64,000 nt of DNA from an uncultured Gammaproteobacteria bacterium (GTDB lineage: Bacteria; Patescibacteriota; Patescibacteriia; UBA2591; CAYTBZ01), in NCBI GenBank assembly GCA_964436275.1, contig CAYTBZ010000001.1:33980-97979 (forward strand). Direction: 5' to 3'. A model generated the notes under the pieces. It had not been told where the DNA came from. It did not search any database and was given only the letters and a program-made list of their open reading frames with translations. Made by a program: the position numbers and the translations under genes. Within the stretch, counting starts at the first letter, position 1. Each line of letters begins with the position of its first letter. This document shows, piece by piece, positions 58,524-64,000 of the stretch.

Positions 58524-59671
58524 ATTAAAAGATAAATAATTTGATAAATAATTCCTAAGGAAAAAATAAAGTATAAAAGATAGAGAAAAAAGTGAGGAAG
58601 TTTTAATTCATACTCAGGCCGACGGTTACCCAATTGCTTCGCCCGCTGATAAGTCATTAGTAAAAGTATGCCCTGAAAACCGCTTAAAATCGCTCCTGAG
58701 ATTCCCAAAACCTGGACAAAACTACGTAAACCAAGAAGAAAAATTATCAAAGGAAGAGAACAGGTTAAAAAAGAGGCAATAAAAGGAGAAAGATGATAAT
58801 CTCGCTGATAAACCCCTTTTAAAACATAAGATAGCGCCAAAAAAGAAGTAGCCATTGTTAAAATACCTAAAATTCCGGCTAAATAGACAATTTTTCTTCC
58901 TAAAACCGGAGAAAGTCCACTTACAACTTGCTCGCTAGTAGCAGGACCATTTACGCCAACAACAGCAAAGGAAAAAACTAAATAAATAATTACTGGAATC
59001 ACCATTCCTAAAATTATTGCTTTCTTTAAAGAAGAAAGCTGTTTTCCTTTTTCTAATACCTCTTTCATTGCTGGTATAGCTGAAGCGCCACCTAAAGCAA
59101 AAAGCATTACTCCAAAGGGAAGAAATAAATAATGAAAGCTAATATAAGTTAAATTACTTAATCTAATTTCCGGCAAACTAATCCCAAAAATAAAGAAGAT
59201 TACAAAGACCAGTAATCCAACCATAAATAATTCTAAAGGAGCAATAATGTCCAATCCATAAAAAACAGCCGAACTTGCGACTAACCAAAAAATTAAAGAA
59301 TAAATAAGAGGAGTTCCACCTAAAAATGGGTGTAAAATAGCAAAAAGAAAATTGCCCACGCCTATGGTATAAGCCAATAAACCGCCGTAAATGCCTAAAA
59401 TTAAAGAAAGGGTAATAAAAAATTTTCCCTTATTACCTAAATATCTTCCCACATACCCACTCATTTGATAATTACCTTTGGTGCGGAGAACCACCTCGCC
59501 ATAGCCTAGGGTTACTATTAAAACGGCTGCTGCTAAGATAATAAGATAAACCATACCCGGAATAAAACCGATTTTTGCTACTACATAAGGCAGACCAAAA
59601 ACACCAGCGCCAACGACTGTTCCCACCAGAATAGATACGGATTTGTAAAAATTTCCTTCCTTATTTTTCAT
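58520..59671 (-). CDS. Aromatic amino acid permease family transporter
   Basis: GTVVGAGVFGLP, about 11 TMs, MATSFL. Confidence 0.85.
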   Translation of the reverse strand: MKNKEGNFYKSVSILVGTVVGAGVFGLPYVVAKIGFIPGMVYLIILAAAVLIVTLGYGEVVLRTKGNYQMSGYVGRYLGNKGKFFITLSLILGIYGGLLAYTIGVGNFLFAILHPFLGGTPLIYSLIFWLVASSAVFYGLDIIAPLELFMVGLLVFVIFFIFGISLPEIRLSNLTYISFHYLFLPFGVMLFALGGASAIPAMKEVLEKGKQLSSLKKAIILGMVIPVIIYLVFSFAVVGVNGPATSEQVVSGLSPVLGRKIVYLAGILGILTMATSFLALSYVLKGVYQRDYHLSPFIASFLTCSLPLIIFLLGLRSFVQVLGISGAILSGFQGILLLMTYQRAKQLGNRRPEYELKLPHFFLYLLYFIFSLGIIYQIIYLLI

Positions 59672-59882
59672 TAACTTTCTTTTCTTTTACTCCTTTCTTC
59701 TTAGAAAAATAAAAAATGTAAATAATTTCTAAAATTGCCAAGGTATTAAGAATGAGCAAGGCAATAAACCAATTCAGCTGTTTATTACGAGCGGCTCGCC
59801 ATAAGGCAATTCCTTTCCAAGGAAGAACCCAAATAACTATTAAGAGAAGAAGCCATTGGGGCAGAGAAAAAATCTGATTCAT
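59661..59882 (-). CDS. Small membrane protein (DUF5652-like)
   Basis: WVLPWKGIALWRAAR..WFIALLILNTLAILEIIY. Confidence 0.8.
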   Translation of the reverse strand: MNQIFSLPQWLLLLIVIWVLPWKGIALWRAARNKQLNWFIALLILNTLAILEIIYIFYFSKKKGVKEKKVNEK

Positions 59883-59903
59883 AAGTTTTTAATTAATTTT
59901 TTA

Positions 59904-60926
59904 TTATTCTCCTGATGGCTTATCTAATTCTAATGGTTTAATATTCTCTTCTTCCTTTCGGCCAGAAATTTTTAATATATCTTTATCAATTTTAGCAAAT
60001 TCTTTATAAGCAAGATTGTAGGTATTAACTACTGTAGAAAGATGAGAACCTAATTTTCTTAAATATTCATCATAAACTTTAATATGTTTACCTAACATCT
60101 CTACCCTTTTTCTGATTTCCCGGGCGCTTTCTTCAATTTTCAACGCGCGAAACCCTTGAAGCACGGTCTGAAGATAAGCAAAAAATGTTGTTGGTGAAAC
60201 AATAATAACCCTTTTCTCTCGAAAAGCATACTCTAAGAGATCGCGTGTATTTGCTTTAACTGCTCCAACCTTATTAACCAATAAATCATAATAGATTGCT
60301 TCACTAGGAATAAACATAAAAGCAAAATCTGTAGTTTTTTCTTGGGGGCGGATATATTTACTTGTCTCGTCAATTCTGTTTTTCAGGTCTTGCTTGAATT
60401 GTCTTTCTAACTCTTTACGCTTGCTTTCATCTCTTTCTTCTAGAAGTCGGTTATAGTTTTCTAAAGAAAATTTTGAATCAACAGGAATCAATCCTGCTTT
60501 AGTAATAATAACTGCATCTACTATTTCTCCATCCTTAAATTTATATTGCATTTGATAATATTCTGGCGGTAAAACATTTTTAAGAACGGTCTCTAAAAAA
60601 TACTCACCTAAAACTCCTCTTTGTTTAGGATTTTTAAGAACATCCTCTAAATTTTGAAGTTGCTTGGCAAAACTAATCACCTGTTTGTTAGTATCATCTA
60701 AACGGGCTAACTTTTCACTGACATTTTCTATTATCTTAAAACTTTCAGAAATTTGCTTTTGGATATTTCCTTGATGGATAGCCAAAAGTTGGCGGATTTC
60801 TTTCAACTGGTCTTGAAGCATAGATACTTCACTACTTGTCTTTTCTTTTCTTCTCTTCAATAGTAAAAAAATTATTATCAACCCAATGATAACTAAGAAT
60901 AAAATAATAATAAATTCTTTTCCCAT
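59904..60926 (-). CDS. rmuC: DNA recombination protein RmuC
   Basis: KQRGVLGE, VDSKF, TTDFAFMFIPSE, VSPTT. Confidence 0.92.
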   Translation of the reverse strand: MGKEFIIILFLVIIGLIIIFLLLKRRKEKTSSEVSMLQDQLKEIRQLLAIHQGNIQKQISESFKIIENVSEKLARLDDTNKQVISFAKQLQNLEDVLKNPKQRGVLGEYFLETVLKNVLPPEYYQMQYKFKDGEIVDAVIITKAGLIPVDSKFSLENYNRLLEERDESKRKELERQFKQDLKNRIDETSKYIRPQEKTTDFAFMFIPSEAIYYDLLVNKVGAVKANTRDLLEYAFREKRVIIVSPTTFFAYLQTVLQGFRALKIEESAREIRKRVEMLGKHIKVYDEYLRKLGSHLSTVVNTYNLAYKEFAKIDKDILKISGRKEEENIKPLELDKPSGE

Positions 60927-60952
60927 ATAATTTAATTAAATATTCAGATATT

Positions 60953-62245
60953 TTACTCTTTTATTTTATCTAAGACAACCTTTATCTTTTTTGTTTCGCC
61001 TCTTCTTGAAATAGTTAGTTCTAAAGTACTCCCTGGTTCATATTGCCAAATTAACTCAGAAAGATTATTGCCTTGACTCAAGTTGTCTTGATTAACCTTT
61101 AAAATCACATCACCGCTACGCAAGCCGCTTTTTTGAGCCGGGCTATTCTTTTTAGGACTTCCATAAACTAAAGCGCCTTCTTTTAAGTCCTTAAATCTTT
61201 TATCAGCAATACCAAAACATTTGGCTAAATCAAGATAATTTACTCCTAAACTTGGTCGTTGAAGATACGTTCTGTCAGGTAACTTATCTCCTTTTTTCAA
61301 GACCTGAGTAATTAAATTTCTTAAATAAAAAGTAGGCACAATCAAATTTTCTTTTGTCTTTAAGCCAACAAGAGCGCTGGATAAATTTACTAAGGGAGTT
61401 GCTTGAGGAAAATTATTCAAGTTATTATCACTAAGTTTCAAAAAATCAGAAAACTTCTCTATTGACTTAATTCTACTCCTCTCATCTTTGTAAGGAAAAT
61501 AATTCATCTGACTAATCTCGGTTCTTTTCATTTCTGTTGAAGAAAGAAGTAAAACTTCCTGTCCAATTTTTATTTCTTCTTTTTGGGCTAATTTTACCAC
61601 TGGTAAATCTTTTGCTTTGATTTTCAAGAAAATAATATCAGTCAATGGATCAAAGATAATTTTTTTAATAGGATAAACATTCCCTTCGCTGTCAATTGCT
61701 ACATATTCGGCTTTTTCATCTTCTAAATTGATAACCTCTTTAAGAGAAATAAGCCAACCGTCACTGGTTAAAATAAGTCCTTCGCCTAAAATTTCATCAG
61801 GCTGATAAATTTGCTTCAAAATATCTTTATTCTCTTCTTTTTTCTTTTGATAGATAGTAACAATCTGGGGCCGAACTTCTTTTACCACTTCACTAACTCT
61901 AACATCAGGAGTAACAGTGACATTTTTAATCGTCTCTACAGTCATTTCTCGCTTAGGCAAATACTGGTCTAAATTGATTTCCCCCTTGAAAGGAAGGACA
62001 ACTCTTCGGCTAACTAAAATTAAAAAACCGCCAATTAAACCAGAAATAATTCCTAATATAATAGCTAAAACTATGACAATTAAAATAATTTTTTTACTCA
62101 TTGAAGGCGGTTTTTGAAAAGTAACATTTTCCCTCTTTTGGTAAATTCGTTTTATAACCTCTCCGCTTTTTAAACCTCGCTGGATAAAATCTTTTGACAA
62201 ATTTTCTCCCTTTTTAATGTTTTGCTTTATTTTTTTCTGCTTCAT
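60953..62245 (-). CDS. HtrA/DegP-like protein with PDZ domain, catalytic motifs degenerate
   Basis: TM, GEGLILTSDGWLIS, DPLTDIIFLKI, PDZ SPAQKSGLRSGDVI; no TNxHV or GNSGG. Confidence 0.8.
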   Translation of the reverse strand: MKQKKIKQNIKKGENLSKDFIQRGLKSGEVIKRIYQKRENVTFQKPPSMSKKIILIVIVLAIILGIISGLIGGFLILVSRRVVLPFKGEINLDQYLPKREMTVETIKNVTVTPDVRVSEVVKEVRPQIVTIYQKKKEENKDILKQIYQPDEILGEGLILTSDGWLISLKEVINLEDEKAEYVAIDSEGNVYPIKKIIFDPLTDIIFLKIKAKDLPVVKLAQKEEIKIGQEVLLLSSTEMKRTEISQMNYFPYKDERSRIKSIEKFSDFLKLSDNNLNNFPQATPLVNLSSALVGLKTKENLIVPTFYLRNLITQVLKKGDKLPDRTYLQRPSLGVNYLDLAKCFGIADKRFKDLKEGALVYGSPKKNSPAQKSGLRSGDVILKVNQDNLSQGNNLSELIWQYEPGSTLELTISRRGETKKIKVVLDKIKE

Positions 62246-62271
62246 AGTTTAATAATTTAATTTTTTTATAT

Positions 62272-63039
62272 TTAACCCCAGTGCATGGTCAAAATTATAA
62301 CTAAAAGAATAAAGAAAATAATCAAAAAATGACTTCTTATAATTTTACTATTTAATTTACCCAAAAGAAAGAAATAACTAATATCTATGAGTAAATAGTA
62401 AAAAATAGTCAAGAATAAAGCATTAACATAAAAACTGGTCGGCAAAAAATAAATAGCAAGGAAAAGTTCGGCTAAAACTAAAGTAATAACTAAAATAAAT
62501 AAAACATTTTTTGGGGTCAAAAAACCATAAATCCAAAATATTTGATAAACGATAGCGCTGATAATAATGATAATAGCAAGTTCTATTAGCCAAAAAGTAA
62601 GATAAGGGAAAATAGCCAAACTATAAAAAGAAGAGAAAAAAAGAAAGACACTTAATAAATTAAAAAAGAAAATAATATTAACTAGAGAAGTAGGTAAAGA
62701 CGCTTCTCCTTTTATTAAATATAAAGATAGATTCTTCAAAAGGAAATAAAGAAGGCAAGAAGCAAAAAGAATATAAATCTGAACTAAAAAAAGATGTTGA
62801 GGCGTTAAGACAACAAAGAAAAAAAGCAAAGCAAGGATAAAGAAAAAAGGACAGATAGCCAAAGAAAGAAATTTTTTATCAATTTTTCTTTGAGAGAAAA
62901 ACCAAAGAAAGAAAAAGAGAGACAAAAATAAAAGAGGAACAAGCCAATAAATCAAAAACGGATAAAACTTAATCAGTTCTAAAATAATTAAAAAGATAAG
63001 GGTAACTAATAATGGAAGATATTTTTTAAGAAAAGACAT
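62272..63039 (-). CDS. Hypothetical multi-pass membrane protein
   Basis: About 8-9 hydrophobic segments. Confidence 0.75.
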   Translation of the reverse strand: MSFLKKYLPLLVTLIFLIILELIKFYPFLIYWLVPLLFLSLFFFLWFFSQRKIDKKFLSLAICPFFFILALLFFFVVLTPQHLFLVQIYILFASCLLYFLLKNLSLYLIKGEASLPTSLVNIIFFFNLLSVFLFFSSFYSLAIFPYLTFWLIELAIIIIISAIVYQIFWIYGFLTPKNVLFILVITLVLAELFLAIYFLPTSFYVNALFLTIFYYLLIDISYFFLLGKLNSKIIRSHFLIIFFILLVIILTMHWG

Positions 63040-63043
63040 AAAA

Positions 63044-63397
63044 TTAAGATTCTTCTAAAAAATCTGGCTTTATTTCTTCCCATTCTCCCTTTTCCTCTTG
63101 CCAACGATATGCTTTAAATGTTTTTATCATCTCTTCCTGAGAATAAATATAAACTATATTCTTCTCTGCCCCTATTCTTCTTGAAGACAAAACTTTTTTG
63201 TCAATGATTGCCGGTTTGGTTGTCCTTTCCAGTTTAAATTTTCCCTGCGGAGTTTTAAATTCAACTATTTCCACCACCCCTTCAACTGGCTTTCCCTTTT
63301 CGTCCTCTCCGACAACTATCTTCTCTTCCCGCAAATCTAAAAAGCCAAACCTTTCTTCAATAAGACCTTTAATGTCTTCCCATCTTTTATCTGTCAT
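63044..63397 (-). CDS. Hypothetical protein
   Basis: 117 aa ORF overlapping the queH stop. Confidence 0.7.
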   Translation of the reverse strand: MTDKRWEDIKGLIEERFGFLDLREEKIVVGEDEKGKPVEGVVEIVEFKTPQGKFKLERTTKPAIIDKKVLSSRRIGAEKNIVYIYSQEEMIKTFKAYRWQEEKGEWEEIKPDFLEES

Positions 63398-64000
63398 ATT
63401 TTTAAATTATTATTTTCACGACGGCTAAAAATACAGCCGCAATAATTTTGACGATAGAATCCCCACTTTTTACTTAAAATAACACTTTTCTTAAAACCCT
63501 CTTTTTTCTTAAAATCTGCTTCGTAGAATATTATACCATACTTTTGAGCAACTTGACGACCAATTTGATTAATAACAGAAGCATTCTTTTGAGGACCAAC
63601 AGTTAAACTCGTAGCCAAATAAGAACAATTTAATTTTTTAGCCAATTGTGCTGACTTTTCTAATCTTATTCTAAAACAAATAGAACAACGCTCGCCTCCT
63701 TCTGGTTCTTCTTCCAATCCTTTTATTTGTTTAAACCACTCTTCTACTTCATATTCTCCGATAATTAGAGGTAAATTCATTCCTTGAGCTAATTTTTTTA
63801 CATCCTTTAATCTTCTTTTATATTCCTCTTCTGGATGAATATTGGGATTATAAAAATAAAGAATTAATCTGAATTTTTCTTTAAGCAAATTGGCTACATA
63901 AACCCCACAAGAAGCGCAACAAAGGTGAAGAAGCATCTTTGGCTTTTTAGATTCAGAAGATGTTTTTAGAAAAATAAGAATACCAGCAGAAATTCCTAAA
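63394..64000 (-). CDS. queH: Epoxyqueuosine reductase QueH (frame open to the window edge)
   Basis: LLHLCCASC, FYNPNIHP, EPEGGERCSICF..RL, YRQNYCGC; in-frame upstream LGISAGILIFLKTSSESKKPK. Confidence 0.9.
   Translation of the reverse strand, partial: LGISAGILIFLKTSSESKKPKMLLHLCCASCGVYVANLLKEKFRLILYFYNPNIHPEEEYKRRLKDVKKLAQGMNLPLIIGEYEVEEWFKQIKGLEEEPEGGERCSICFRIRLEKSAQLAKKLNCSYLATSLTVGPQKNASVINQIGRQVAQKYGIIFYEADFKKKEGFKKSVILSKKWGFYRQNYCGCIFSRRENNNLKI

Overview
AT-rich bacterial chromosome segment with nearly all genes on the minus strand. Gene content and the shortened AlaRS, ProRS and TsaB point to a Patescibacteria (CPR, Parcubacteria/ABY1-like) genome using code 11; this taxonomy is inferred. 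Most of the window is housekeeping: Trk K+ uptake, alr, four aminoacyl-tRNA synthetases, greA, mreBCD-PBP2, hrcA-grpE-hsp20-dnaK-dnaJ with a CIRCE operator, mraZ-rsmH-ftsL-ftsI-murF with clustered DnaA-box-like repeats, rplJL with an L10 leader, mltG, pcm, mutM, glycosyltransferases, RNase P RNA, rnhA, recJ, ackA, rmuC and queH. The standout is an accessory island at about 45.7-50.8 kb. It holds an intact REP-associated tyrosine (HUH/Y1) transposase among 11 GGGTCGCACCC-type REP cores, two of which form a perfect 46-bp palindrome read in frame inside the transposase. It also holds a fragment of a second transposase allele and three unrelated cargo genes. Each cargo gene is a self-contained unit: TTGACA-N17 promoter, boxA-like motif, strong Shine-Dalgarno, ORF and terminator, and two of them share an identical 42-bp terminator-plus-REP end. 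This resembles a RAYT/REP-driven gene-cassette array, which is my inference. No tRNA, rRNA or CRISPR array was seen. All calls are from reading the sequence by eye; no searches were run.
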